DNA of 64,000 bases from Octopus vulgaris (Eukaryota), in contig OX597815.1 of the NCBI GenBank assembly GCA_951406725.2, forward strand, positions 123,876,001-123,940,000, given 5' to 3'. The notes below the pieces were generated by a model. It made no database searches. It worked only from the letters and a program-made list of their open reading frames with translations, and was not told where the DNA came from. Positions 14,054-26,542 of the stretch are shown piece by piece. Position 1 is the stretch's first letter. Every line of letters starts with the position of its first letter. The translations under genes and the position numbers were made by a program.

Positions 14054-15109
14054 GTCATCATCATCATCATACTAGTTAACCAATTAACTAGTCCATGCGC
14101 TCGTTACACGAATTTTGTTTCTAGATGAGGTCGCGAATGGTGATAAAAGAACTATGACAAATCAGCTGACTCACTGATCGAACGGTTAATTACGCAATCA
14201 ATTAAATGATTTATAGGTTAATTAGTTGATAAATAATAATTGCTTCTAATATAGGCACAAAGCTTGAAATTTTAAGAGAAGGTTTAGTCCATACTATCGA
14301 CATAAGTACTTGACTGACTCGTTGCTTATTTTATCGACCCCTGAGGGATAGAAGGCCAAGTTGAACTTGAAATGATTTTGCTTTGTATCAGGTCGGTATT
14401 GCTGTTAGTTTCAGATCAATGTTGATCGAGTAGGCATAGGATCAAAGGTGCTCTTTTATTCGCATATAGAGTAGCTACAACTACATTATCCAATGTATCT
14501 TTCTTAAGTCGGCTGTGTATGATTTGAGGGAGATCTGGTAGCTATTTCTTTCAAGCTGGTCGAGCGATTGCATAGACCCTTGCTTTAGCTTGAAGTTTGG
14601 AAATTAACGATTGATATTGTTAATGAAATTTTCGCAATACTAAAGGAGTACATATGATGAGGTATGCCGGGAAAATAACTTCATTGTGATTAACATGAAC
14701 TGCGATTATTTTTGTTTTGATACTAGTCTCTTGTTATTCTTTACAGAAACGAGAACGGTGTAGATTTAGGGTGTGGTATGTATTGAAAGTGACTGATACA
14801 GAAACTGCGACAAATCGTTTCCACATGCTTTCTGCACCCACATACATTTCAGAAATAAATACTACAGGAATTCCATCACTGATATGTAGACCAGAGAAAC
14901 CATTACACCTTGATCACATCTACATTGGAGTCACCTTTCGTAAAAGCGGCTCTAATGTAGACAAGATCAGATACTGACATGCATTCTTTTATTACTTTGC
15001 TCGTTCCAGTTACTGGACTGCGGTCATAGCGTGGCAATTCCTTGCAAGTTTTTCGGTGAAACAAATAGACCTCAGTATTTTTTTAAAAGCTCACTACTTA
15101 TTTTATCAG

Positions 15110-16250
15110 TAAGAGATCGACCACATATTTGTCACACAGCCAGTATTAGAATACCAAGTCCAGCTATCCAGCTCAGGATGTTGGTACCAGGAGTCAGCAA
15201 TGCGAAGTCCATGACGTTCCTAGCATCGGGTCCAAAAGGGCCGCCAACGCTATCTTATCCAGTTCTGTCAACCCCAGTTGATGCGTTGAAATCTCCCACG
15301 ATCAACGACGTATCCTTGTTAGGGAATGTCTCCACGACAAAGTACAGATGGGTGTAGAATGTCTTCCTCAACGGCCCGTTACTCATAGCAATCGGAGCAG
15401 ACACCGCAGCCAAAAAAATGACACCCAGAGTATGTCGAATCCTCTGCCACGTAATACGCTCCTTTACAGGTGTTACATATACTACTATTGGAACCAGTTA
15501 GTTGGCCACCGCAACTGATACCCAACCGGCATGCCAGTCATCAGGGCGCCCAGACAAGAAGTAGGGGCAACCACCAGTTGAGATGTCACCCCTCCCTGGC
15601 AGATGCACTTCTGATAGGGCCATTATAGGAACTCACACACGGCTGAGTTCTAAAGACAGCAGGAGTAGACGAGAATCATCTCTCAGAGAGGGAACATTCC
15701 AGGTCCCCAATCAAGTAGGCCTCTGGGTTGAACTGAGATTTCTCACTCCTGACGGACGATACCTTTGCACCACTCAGGCGACAAGCTTCTAATCTCTAGG
15801 ATTTTCTCCGTTCTGTGAATGGGGATCCTGATGGCTCTGCACCTGTTGCTTCATACAACGAGTCTTAGAAGCAGTTGAGGTACTTCCCTGAATGAGAGAG
15901 CTTTTGGGGTTTGTACAAGGGGTTGTTGCTGGTGAAGGTTTTGCGAAGTTGGAGTGCATATCCTTCCTTTTTTAGTCATCATTCTCTTTTAGTCGCCTTT
16001 AACGATTGGGACGAGTTGGTGCATTTGTGGACTCATTGGATAAAGGTGTTTGGCGCTGCTGATATCTGAGCAGGAGGACAAAGGTTTGGGTCTCTAGGTC
16101 TCTGGTCCATCCTGTCCTGCTCTATAGCTGTGAGACTCTATCCGGGACCCTTAGGAGGTGGCTGAACTCCTCTGGTACCAGGACGCTTCGCTGGATTATG
16201 GGTTACCATTAGTCGGATTTCGTATCCAACCGACGATTTTACTTAGAAAC
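15110..16250 (-). mobile_element. RTE-clade LINE 5' portion (5' UTR plus AP endonuclease), pseudogenised
   Basis: Minus frame from about 15707: GTWNV..MALSEVHLPG..ERI..VSAP..FY..LIVGDFNASTG..WTWYSN, with internal stops. Confidence 0.85.
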
Positions 16251-16254
16251 TGGG

Positions 16255-16690
16255 ACAAAACGCTGGACAAAATGATTGGCAGTATTTTGTACGTGTTTAT
16301 ATTCTGAATTCAACTTCTGCCGAGATCGACTTTTCCTTACATCCTTTCGGGGTTCATAAAATAAGTGCCACTTGAGAACCGAGATCAATGTAGCCGACTA
16401 GCTCCCTCTACTAAAATTTCAAGCCTTATGTTTATAGTAAAAGGGATTATTAAAAAATGGCTGAGAACAACAAATTGATATAATCATTAGAGCTTCGAAC
16501 AAAACGCCTTATCGCATTTCTTCTGTTTTTTGTTTTTGCGTTTTAAGTTCAAATCCTATTGAAGTCGACTTTTCCTTTCTTTCTTTCGGGGTAGATAAAA
16601 TAAAGTACAAGTGAAATACTGAGTTTGTTAACTCGATTAATCACCCTACCAATAAATCTTCAGGTCTTGTGCCTATATTAGAAACAATTA
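16255..16690 (+). mobile_element. Two degenerate tandem SINE copies
   Basis: Two repeats of ttc..aa..gtcgactttt..cctttcgggg..ataaaataa core. Confidence 0.65.
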
Positions 16691-17485
16691 TTAAGACATA
16701 GGTAAACATGCATTCGCTTGACTATCATGGAATCCTTCATGTCTAGAATTTAATGTAACCAAAAGATCTAAATGCAAAGAATGGTTCCTGAAACGGTTAA
16801 CTTTGTAATTCTATAATATAATACGCCTATACTTTCAGCTGGTTTTCATGATTAAATCTTTGGTAGGATGGACGTGACGTCACAGTGTCGAAAAGAGATC
16901 ATTTATTTACGCAACGACCGTTGAAGTAAGATATTTTTAAAAGTATTTGAAATAACGCAAAGAGAGAAATTAAGAAATAAATTAAAATTATTTATTTCCT
17001 TTTTTTATACATCATTTGAACACTTCCCCTATTGACTGAAAGAATGTCTAGATTAAATAGTCCAACCCAGAGGAAAACAAAGGAGCTGTTGGAATGTAAC
17101 AATAAAGAGAACTGTAACACTAACAGGTTACAGGTTAGGGTTACCTAACCTTAAATACTCCGAAGTTGAAACTGGATCTGAACTGAAATAGTTTTGATGA
17201 CATGGTTACAATAGTTGAATGAATTCTAACTTAAACCAGCACGCACATACACACACACACAGAAACATGCATTTACACACACACATACACAAACGCACAC
17301 ACACACAAGCACACACACACGCACACACACACACTCACACACAAAGGCGCGTGTCTGTGAGTTTGTGAATCACTGAGTTTTGCAAATGAAATCTCATGTA
17401 CATATGTATATATGTACTGAAGTAGAAAGCTTAATGGACATCAACCCCACTTCCTTTCCCTATCTGTCTGTCGGTCTCTTTGTCC

Positions 17486-17589
<104 letters not shown>

Positions 17590-17774
17590 GAGACTAAATT
17601 CTAATAAGAATTATGGTGAACAGGAGACCTGTTTTAAAATATATTCTTTGTATCTACTTACATGTCTGCGCGTGTGTGAGTGCAAGCATATACATATATG
17701 CATATACACATACACACACACAAACACACACATGTACCCACACAAACACACACAGACATATATATATATAATAT

Positions 17775-18090
17775 GCCGACCAAAGCCTTGTGAGTGGATT
17801 TTGTAGACGGGAACTGAAGGAAGGCTGTAGTATATATTTGTATATATATATATGCGCGTGTGTGTATGTGTGTGTGTGTCTGTGTTTGTCTCCACGCTAT
17901 CGCTTGACTATAGATGCTGGTGTGTTCATACGCCTGTAACTTAGCAGTTCGACATAAGTAACTGATAGAATAAGTACTAGGGTTACAAAGAATAAGTCCT
18001 GGGGTTGATTTTTTCGACTAAAAACCCTTTAAGGCCTTGCTCCAGCATGTCCGCAGTCAAATGACTGAAACAACTAAAAGAATAAAAGAG
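17775..18090 (+). mobile_element. CORE-like SINE, 3' two-thirds
   Basis: gccgaccaaagccttgtgagtggattt...gcagtcaaatgactgaaac matches 8531-8890. Confidence 0.75.
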
Positions 18091-18193
18091 TATATATATA
18101 TATATATATACATTCTTTTATGCATTGTTCAATTAAATAGAGTCGCTTGAAACGATTGTACTGCATTACCTCTGGATATCCTGTTGCTTATTG

Positions 18194-18302
<109 letters not shown>

Positions 18303-19406
18303 ATATGCATGTACGTATGTATGTATGTATGCATGTGTGTGTATTAATATTTGACACATGTATTAACATTAATTGAAATTGCTTAAAAGAATTGCTGTAT
18401 GCAGAATATTTCCTCTAGTCACAACCTGTATTATCTGTGTGTATGTACCAAGTATATATTCGAAGTTTCTGTAAGTAATACGAAGTAATCTTGAGATTTG
18501 AAGTAGTTTGGAAGTATGTTTATGTCAACGTACGTAAACAGATGTTCCTGTGTTATATCTTATACCAGAAGAAACATTTCATTCACTATGTTTATATTCA
18601 CTCCTAAGAGATGTGTAGGTGTTTTAGTGGTTGACAACTAACTTGGTCGTGTAAATTTCGGGAGCGTTCTTTAGGTCGAGTTAACTGCATAAGTGTTTGT
18701 TGAAGTAGTTGCCTAACATAGATTAATACTGCAGTCACCAGAAAACAGAAAAGGAAGCAGAGACAATTCTAAACTTTTAAGGAGAAAATTATTTTGCTAG
18801 TAACAGTGATTTATAATGGCTGATCAATGGCCAGGAGCGTTAGTAAGTGAGGCACATTCATTCGATTCCATCCAAATTTTTCATATATTTGGTTCAAAGT
18901 TTAGTAAAATTTTCTATCTAAAAAAGTTCCTTTTTTTTCTTTTTAGTTCTCAACATCTATGTAAAAGTAAAAAAGAATCAGTGATTTAAACGGTAATAGA
19001 AAACTAAAGGCAGCCCTTTGGAATTCCTTCCACAAGTAATTTTTCCTGCAGTTATGAACTAGCAATTGTTTAAGAGGAACGTCATCTGCGGGTATCTCAC
19101 TAGTCTTGGAAAGCCCTTCGCAGGTCATGGGCAGAAGCCCTTTCTCTAGACCAAAATGCATACTCCAATTAGATCATTGTATACTGTCATACGTTTGTGA
19201 ACAAATGTATCGTTGATTGTATGTTTCCAGTACCAAAAATTGGTCCCTTGCGTTTCTGTTGGTAAGAGTGACAAGTGGTTGTTGTGTACCTAGTCTTTCA
19301 CAAATTAAATTATAGTTGAGATGAATCTAGTGACGATCCCCGAAAGATTGTTCGAAATTTTGTTAGTCGAGTGTAGAAATATATGTATATATATATGTGT
19401 ATATAC

Positions 19407-19474
<68 letters not shown>

Positions 19475-19476
<2 letters not shown>

Positions 19477-19705
19477 ATAATGGCTTTTCCAAGCCAAAGG
19501 CTCATACGGTCGGTTTCCTTGATTCTGTTGCATATATACTCTCCAATGGACGGGATACCGGTCAGTCGTAGTATTTCTCATTTTTGCCACCTGAGTAGAT
19601 TGGAGCAACGTGAAATGAAATGTCTTGCTCCAGGACACAATACGCATCGCCCAGTCCGGGAACTGAGGCTACAATCTTAATATAAGTGCAACACATTAAC
19701 CACAA
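19475..19705 (-). mobile_element. SINE of a third family (gtgtcc..gagcaag domain)
   Basis: Shares gtgtcct.gagcaag.ca..t.atttcacgtt with 56575-56875. Confidence 0.6.
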
Positions 19706-19797
19706 CAGCTATATACATGCACAAATAAATACACACAAACACACACACGTACGTGCATTTGCATGTATATGTATACATATATTATATGATATATACT

Positions 19798-19980
19798 GTT
19801 TCTTCACCTGTCTTCGTCTTTTGTTTTCGGTAAATTTGAATTATTTATATATATATAATTTAAATTTACCGAAAACAAAAGGCGAAGAAAGGTGAAGAAA
19901 CTACAAGCGGATGTATTAGTTTAACTCTCTGGAAGAATGGAAAAGTCTTTGACGTTTTGAGTCTACACTCTTCGAGGGCA
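19798..19980 (-). mobile_element. PLE-type terminal repeat with about 47-bp inverted duplication and decayed hammerhead
   Basis: Arms 19798-19844 and 19855-19901 are near-perfect. The minus strand at 19945-19980 reads gaaGAGTgtagACTC-aaaac-gtc, a hammerhead-like fold with a mutated core. Confidence 0.55.
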
Positions 19981-20104
19981 AGGGTGGAGAGAAGAAAAGA
20001 AACGGAGAGAGAACGAAAAGAAATGGAGAAAGAAAAAATGTGTAGGGATTAATGGTTCAATATGATGAAATGTATACACTCCACACATATATACAGTGCA
20101 TGTA

Positions 20105-20172
<68 letters not shown>

Positions 20173-23159
20173 TACATACATACATACATACATACATACA
20201 TACATACATACATACATACATACATACATACATACATACATACATACATACATACACACAAACACTAATTCGTGTTTATTCTAGTCATTGCGTATCTAGC
20301 ACTACAGCTTTTAATGTGTTCTTCCTGTGTACTTTGCAGGATATTTAGCTAGCGGTTATAAAGAGTATCCTTCGTTAACTCGTCCTGATATATTTGTGCA
20401 TGCGTATGTGCTCGCGTTTGTATATGCTTATGGCATGTATGTGCTTTCTTGTGATTATTTATATGTTCTTTGTTAATTAGAAATTTCAATTAAACAAATT
20501 AAGATTCAAACTATTAGTTATTGCGGTATCTATCTTCTGGTCGAAGTCTCATATACCACTTCATGTACTAATGTCATTGCTGCATTGTGTCTTAAAACTA
20601 CGATAAGTTTACTGAGATGTAAACAGCTACCAAGAAAAGTATAGTGTTTCATTAGCTAACAATTCTATATAAGCTTCGCAAGTATTGTTTTACGAAGAAA
20701 GAACTCCGCCAAGTTGACATGTCCTCTTCTTCAACTAGCATCCATAAGATGCAGTTGATTATGGGACCCATCTCAAAACAGAGTTCTCGTGTATATATTA
20801 ATGGGAATTTCAAATGAGCACGCCAGTTGTGGTAAATGTTATACCCGGAACTAAGTTAATAGTGAACTCTTTTATTCTGTCATGCATTTTAGCTACAAGG
20901 ATTTGGCAGAAACAGAGAAGCACCATAATGTATTTCTTTAATTTAATCCTTTGACATTCCTAAGTTCAAATTCCACCCCTCTATAAGTGATTAAATACGT
21001 ATATGTAATAAGTCATAACATAGTATGGGCCTTTAACTCTTTGACAGAGTCGCAGGAACGCCTCTGTGGGATGCGGCGTGGAGCCGCAGCGGCATTCTTG
21101 GGACATGCGGCGTGTTTTGGGTATTTTAGCCATGCGGATCCTATCCTTCTCTAGGTATAATTACAATCGATTTCTTCCAGAAGAAAAGGAATCAAGGAGA
21201 AAGTGTTAAAGAAAGAGAGTTATCTACCCTAATACAGTACAGGTACTTTATCCATCTTAAAAGAATGAAAGGCAAAGTTTGCCTCAGAGGGATTTGAACC
21301 CAGAGTGCAGAGAGATGGAATGATTACCGCAGAGCAATCTGTCCCAAACTCATGACTCTGCCAATTGGCCGCTTATATGTAATATACTCATCTTGAGTTT
21401 GTCCTGTATCTTAAGAAAAGCAGTAACATAATGTTTTTAAGAGCAGTGACAGGCAAGTAAATAACGATACAATTCTATGACGTTGGAGTCATTTGTTAGT
21501 ATCCTATAATACCAACATTGGTATAATACACACACACCTTTTCCTGTTGACCAATTAACAGAATAAATATGAAAGAATGAGAGTGGTTAAAGAGTGAATG
21601 ATGAGAGTATATGCAAATGCATGTATGGATGTAGTATGAATGGAGGAAAGATGGAGAGAGAGAGAGAGAGAGAGGAAGAGAGAATATATGGTGGAGTGGC
21701 GAAGTAGTTTGATGATCAAAGAGTTGGAAATGGAATCCCCTTTTTTAACACGAATAAAGAGTTGATTTATTTCTAAGTCATAAATGAAATGAGAATTGAT
21801 TGAAGAAAAATGAAAAGCCAAATGGAGAACTACCAATAAAGAATTCTGTAAATCCCAAAGTATGATGGACCTCACACTACTTGTTAATTATTTGAGTTTA
21901 TTTCTGACGAGATAATCTTGGCACGAGAAAAACAAGAAGAAAAACAAAACAAAACAAAACAAGACGCAACATTTCCTGTCGTATACATGATTTTGCGTGT
22001 GACAATTTAGAATCCGGAAGCAACCTATGGAATATGAGAAACACAACACAGCATTTTCAAGATTGTCTCTTTATTAATGTGAATAATATTACCAAACATG
22101 ATACATCCAACATAACACCATCTGACTCATCATATATGGTAAATTAGAAACTGTGATGGCGATACACACCTAGACACACACGCACACGCATAAACGGACA
22201 TGTACACTCGGAGGTACGTATATATGTGAGTGTGTATATATGTGCATATTCACACGTATGACCAAGGAATATGAGGGATATATTTAAATGGCCAAGAAGA
22301 TTGAAACATTAATGTGGGACAAATATTGAAGAACATACTGTACATTACAAACAAACAAATTGTGATAAATTTTTACATCATATTGGACAAATTTGATTTT
22401 TAATTGCTCAAATTCAGATACATACGTATGTATTCATGCATGTGTGTATACATGCATGTTTGCATGCATGTATGTAAGAATGTATGAATGTTTGCATACA
22501 TACAAATACGTGCATTCAGACACAAATATTGCTATACATATACGGGTTGTTGAGTAACCGGAGGAGTTTTCCTTTAATCCTTTAATTATGAAATTACCTA
22601 ATATAGTTGCCTTTCATTCAAACTGATGACTAATGATATCCTCAATTAAGGATCTGTCTTTCTATACCGCTTTACCTCGACCTCTCTGATGACGCAATAC
22701 TTGGATTACGTGAATTTGATACACATTCGCATGACCCATTTGCTCGGGTATTCTAAAAACTGCTTATCTACTATAACTGCTCTATGCTTTATATATATTT
22801 TATAATTTATTTGTACTCTATGATTTGAATAAATATCCTCAAGTAACGCCAAATGCTTTGCTTGTCAGTCTTCTATTTTGATCTGTTTATGGGATCGTTG
22901 TAAATCATGGCCTGAATCTCACCAACAAATCCAGGAGTTCTTTTCTCATCAGAACGACCAGAGTGAGTTTTCAGAGCTGCCGTACCTTTGTAATCACCAT
23001 TAGACTCAGCCAACTCTTTCCGAATCCTCTTGAACACTTTAAATTTAAAATAATAAGGGTGAAAAATTGAATATTAATTTGATTAATATGAATTGAAAAC
23101 CAGTGGTGTAGCATATAAGACCATAGCGGATCTTCTTCTAGCAAAATGGATGTCCACTG

Positions 23160-23431
23160 TTAATGGTTCATCCCGGTTATATAATAGTTTGACTTTAATA
23201 GTTTCAGTATTAAAGTGAAAGTATCTGACATTACAATGAGATGTTTTTGTTTCACTTTTAACACGTAATACTGAAATAGTGAAGATATGATATTGCTGTG
23301 GGCTCGCCCTAGGCAAGAAGTTAAAACTTTTTTTGCCCATGACACTACATGGCATGTGTAAAATTTGAATGAAATTGGTTGTGTAGTTCTCAAGTTTTAG
23401 GGATTCCCACAGACAGACAGACACATTCTCA

Positions 23432-23432
<1 letters not shown>
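23160..23432 (-). mobile_element. Non-autonomous Helitron-like 5' fragment
   Basis: Minus strand begins tatactgagaatgtgtctgtctgtctg..ccaatttcattcaaatttt, the same layout as the 5' ends at 37030 and 41778. Confidence 0.45.
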
Positions 23433-23477
<45 letters not shown>

Positions 23478-23555
23478 CAAAATGTAGCAACATGTGGATT
23501 GTTGTCGATTTGTTTCCTCCGTCTTCCCTTTCTTCTAGACTTTTCTCTGTCTCCT

Positions 23556-23590
23556 GTTTCTGATGAAGTGCTTGACTCGAAACGTAAGAC
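23556..23590 (+). ncRNA. Minimal hammerhead-like motif in a PLE-type repeat (23476-23695)
   Basis: GUUU-CUGAUGA-aGuGCuugaCUC-GAAAC-GUA-AGAC: core and stem I present, stem II imperfect. Confidence 0.55.
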
Positions 23591-23713
23591 ACCCTGTCTT
23601 CCCTTCCCTGAGCATCTTATTAATACTTTGCATGGACCATCTCCTCGCGTTGTTTTTCTTGTCTTTTTTCTCCGTTTTGTTTTTATAGTTAATTATATAT
23701 ATATATATATATA

Positions 23714-23940
23714 TTGGGTTGGTGCATAATTATTGCGGCTTTTTTCTAACAAATTTTATTCAACAAAAACAATAACAATATGTAACAAAAGCATCTTTAA
23801 ATGACGGTCTGACCATCTGCCAAGCAAATGAGAAATTATTGCTCTGGAATAATCATTTAAAGATGTTTTTGCTAGATGTTGTTATTGTTCTTGTTGAATA
23901 AAATTTGTTGAAAAATGCCGTAATAATTATACACCAACCC

Positions 23941-23943
<3 letters not shown>
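23714..23943. mobile_element. Mariner-type MITE with about 90-bp TIRs, inserted in (TA)n
   Basis: ttgggttggtgcataattattgcgg... is mirrored by ...ccgtaataattatacaccaaccca; TA flanks; the TIR resembles mariner/MADE termini. Confidence 0.85.
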
Positions 23944-24022
<79 letters not shown>

Positions 24023-24344
24023 TAAGTATATAAGTATTTATCGGTATGTATATATATTGTTTTCACTTATATGTTGTCGGTATACTTAACCTGAAGACTG
24101 TAAAGTAATTTTTATTACAAAACACGTATCTTAAGATATAGAGTTGTTCGAAATTTTATAAATCTTGTCCATTTCTTTACATTCAGAGTTGTGCAAAAAT
24201 GAACAAATTTAAAGTGGTTTGTAGACATTTGACATCTACTTCTAGCATATGGGTGTTGTCTCTCCATCACCCTTAATTATAATTATATATTTATTATTAT
24301 ATACTTAAATATTAATTTTACCGATATGATGTTTATTATCATAT

Positions 24345-24660
24345 TTAGTTCGCTCACTGATGGCTATGTGAAAAGTACGGCCTGAACAGAGCACAGAAAT
24401 GGTAAGAACATGAACCAGAAGGTGCCACCGAGAACAAAGAACATAAGATAATGTGAAATTTTACAATCCAATGTTACTCCCTAATCGCGGCTCGGAAACT
24501 AGATATTGTTGTAGTAGATAAAGGAAAAAAAGAAACCAAGTTCATAGATATTGCAATACCTGGAGATGCACGCATATGTGACAAAGAAGTAGAAAAGATC
24601 AAAAAGTGAAGATTACTAAAAGACGAAATTGCAGGAATGGGACTATGAGGAAAGTTTCTC
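24345..24660 (+). mobile_element. R4/Dong-like non-LTR fragment (restriction-like endonuclease)
   Basis: WLCEKYGL..EHEPEG..KIM*NFTIQC..ARKLDIVVVDK..IDIAIPGD..KEVEKI, a degenerate PD..D RLE motif. Confidence 0.8.
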
Positions 24661-25270
24661 ATGAAACTTGGTTAAAACATTAAAGGGAATGGTTAAGTCA
24701 GAAAACACTAATCTCTTTCAGACTCACTACAAAAGTATTTCGTTACAAAATAATACATAAAGTACAAAAACATACTCTAAAGAACCGCTATAGAAAAAGG
24801 TTTTAATTCCGGTTTTACGCAAGTTCACTCACATCTGTAATGCTCCTGGGAATGGCATGAACTTTACACATCGTTTTTATAACATTCTCTTGAAATACAG
24901 CCTTTGTAGTATAAAACACAACAAAACAATAATCACAGATTAACAGTTTGACTTTACACGTTAGACGTTACTCTCAAGAATCTGGAATTTGTCTTCTTTT
25001 GTTATAGATTAGGAATTTGTATTACAGCCATTGACGAAATACGCATATTTTGATGACCTTATATGTTAAGACTGTTTAAGGTTAGCTATATATAACATCT
25101 AACGTAATTTGAATATGAAAATATGCTTTCTTTCTTTAAGCAAAAAATTTAATTGATACTCTGATTTCAGAAACTTTTCGTAAAGATTTCCAAATAATTG
25201 TTATTGATATCGGTCGAGTTATCATGAATAAAAAGTAATCGCTGTTGGATATATATATATATAAAAAAAG

Positions 25271-26368
25271 AGAGCACGTCAGCTATTTGAGTACAAAACT
25301 TTTAAGAACCATAAGTGGCCGAAACTTTAACGAAATATCCTCTCATTTCTTTTTCAGCTTCAACAGAGAAAAAAAAGTGTCGTTCTCATCACCTTATCCG
25401 CCTGTCACAGTAATTCTGAGACTGCAACTTACTTAAATGTTACCAGGTCTTTCGCGTTAAAGATCAGGAAAGAGCTTCTGGAGGGAAGGTGTTTTCCATG
25501 GTCGAAAGAAAAAAAAATCTCGATTGTTAGACATTATCAGAAAAGTCATGTTTGTCTAGCAAATCCAGGGTATCATCAACATGAACCCCAGCGAGTACCG
25601 TGTGATCCGGTCGAAGGGCTTGTAAAATAAGCTGAAGCTTCTTGGGGAGCTCGACCTGCTCTGGCTCTTCTCAGATGAGAAGAACTTGTCCAATATAAAA
25701 AAAACTGAATAGGAGAAATAGCAGGTGGTTCTGCACCAGCCCCATTGAAATCCCCAGTTATGAACAAAAGTTTCATCGTTTGCGATGGCCTTGGGTGTCG
25801 TGAGCAATGAGGGACAAGCCATGCCTTCTAATTTTTTCCCCACAGGCCTAAGAGTCAATGTTGCAAGCTGTATCGAGGAAATGAAAACGTTTGTCAAGCC
25901 CTGGAACGAGAGAATTGCTCGAGGGATGCTGTGTGTGTTCCACAAGACTCTTCTTCCTCGCACACATGTTGCACAGCCCAGGAGTGGATGGCCGGAAATT
26001 TTCATGATCATATTATCTTTTACATTAAGCCTCCTTGCTCTCACGATTGACTCCCCACTCTAGATTATTACGTCTGTGGCATCGTTGAGAGGGAGAACAA
26101 GCATGCCCGCACGGACTCATTGATATCTGCTACTGGGAACGATATGGTCAACAAGAATAAAGATCACATGATCAACGAATTTAGTCGTTTCAGAGGCTGT
26201 ATCAAGGCAGTAATATGAAGCTGATGGCGGTTTTATGAAATAGCAATTTGCTATGCGTTTATAAGAATATACGTACTAAATTCTATGAAAATATGTGAGT
26301 TTTCTTGATAAATATTTTTGCTTTCCGGAAATTAAAATTTTGTTCCCAAATAGCTAAAGTACACCGTA
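25271..26368 (+). mobile_element. Tc1/mariner superfamily (DD37D/maT-like) relic with both TIRs, internally deleted
   Basis: MALGVVSNEGQAMP..FFPTGLRVN..VKPW..PLDYYVCGIVERE transposase traces. TIR cores agctatttgagtacaaaa (25281) and ttttgttcccaaatagct (26338). Confidence 0.8.
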
Positions 26369-26477
26369 TATATTTGTTAAAATATTGAGTCTTACAAAAC
26401 TGGTCCTGCTTCTTTTACTTTTGAATCCATTTGAGAGAATTTTGAAGCGATGGACGCTAGACTAGTATTGTAATAGT

Positions 26478-26542
<65 letters not shown>

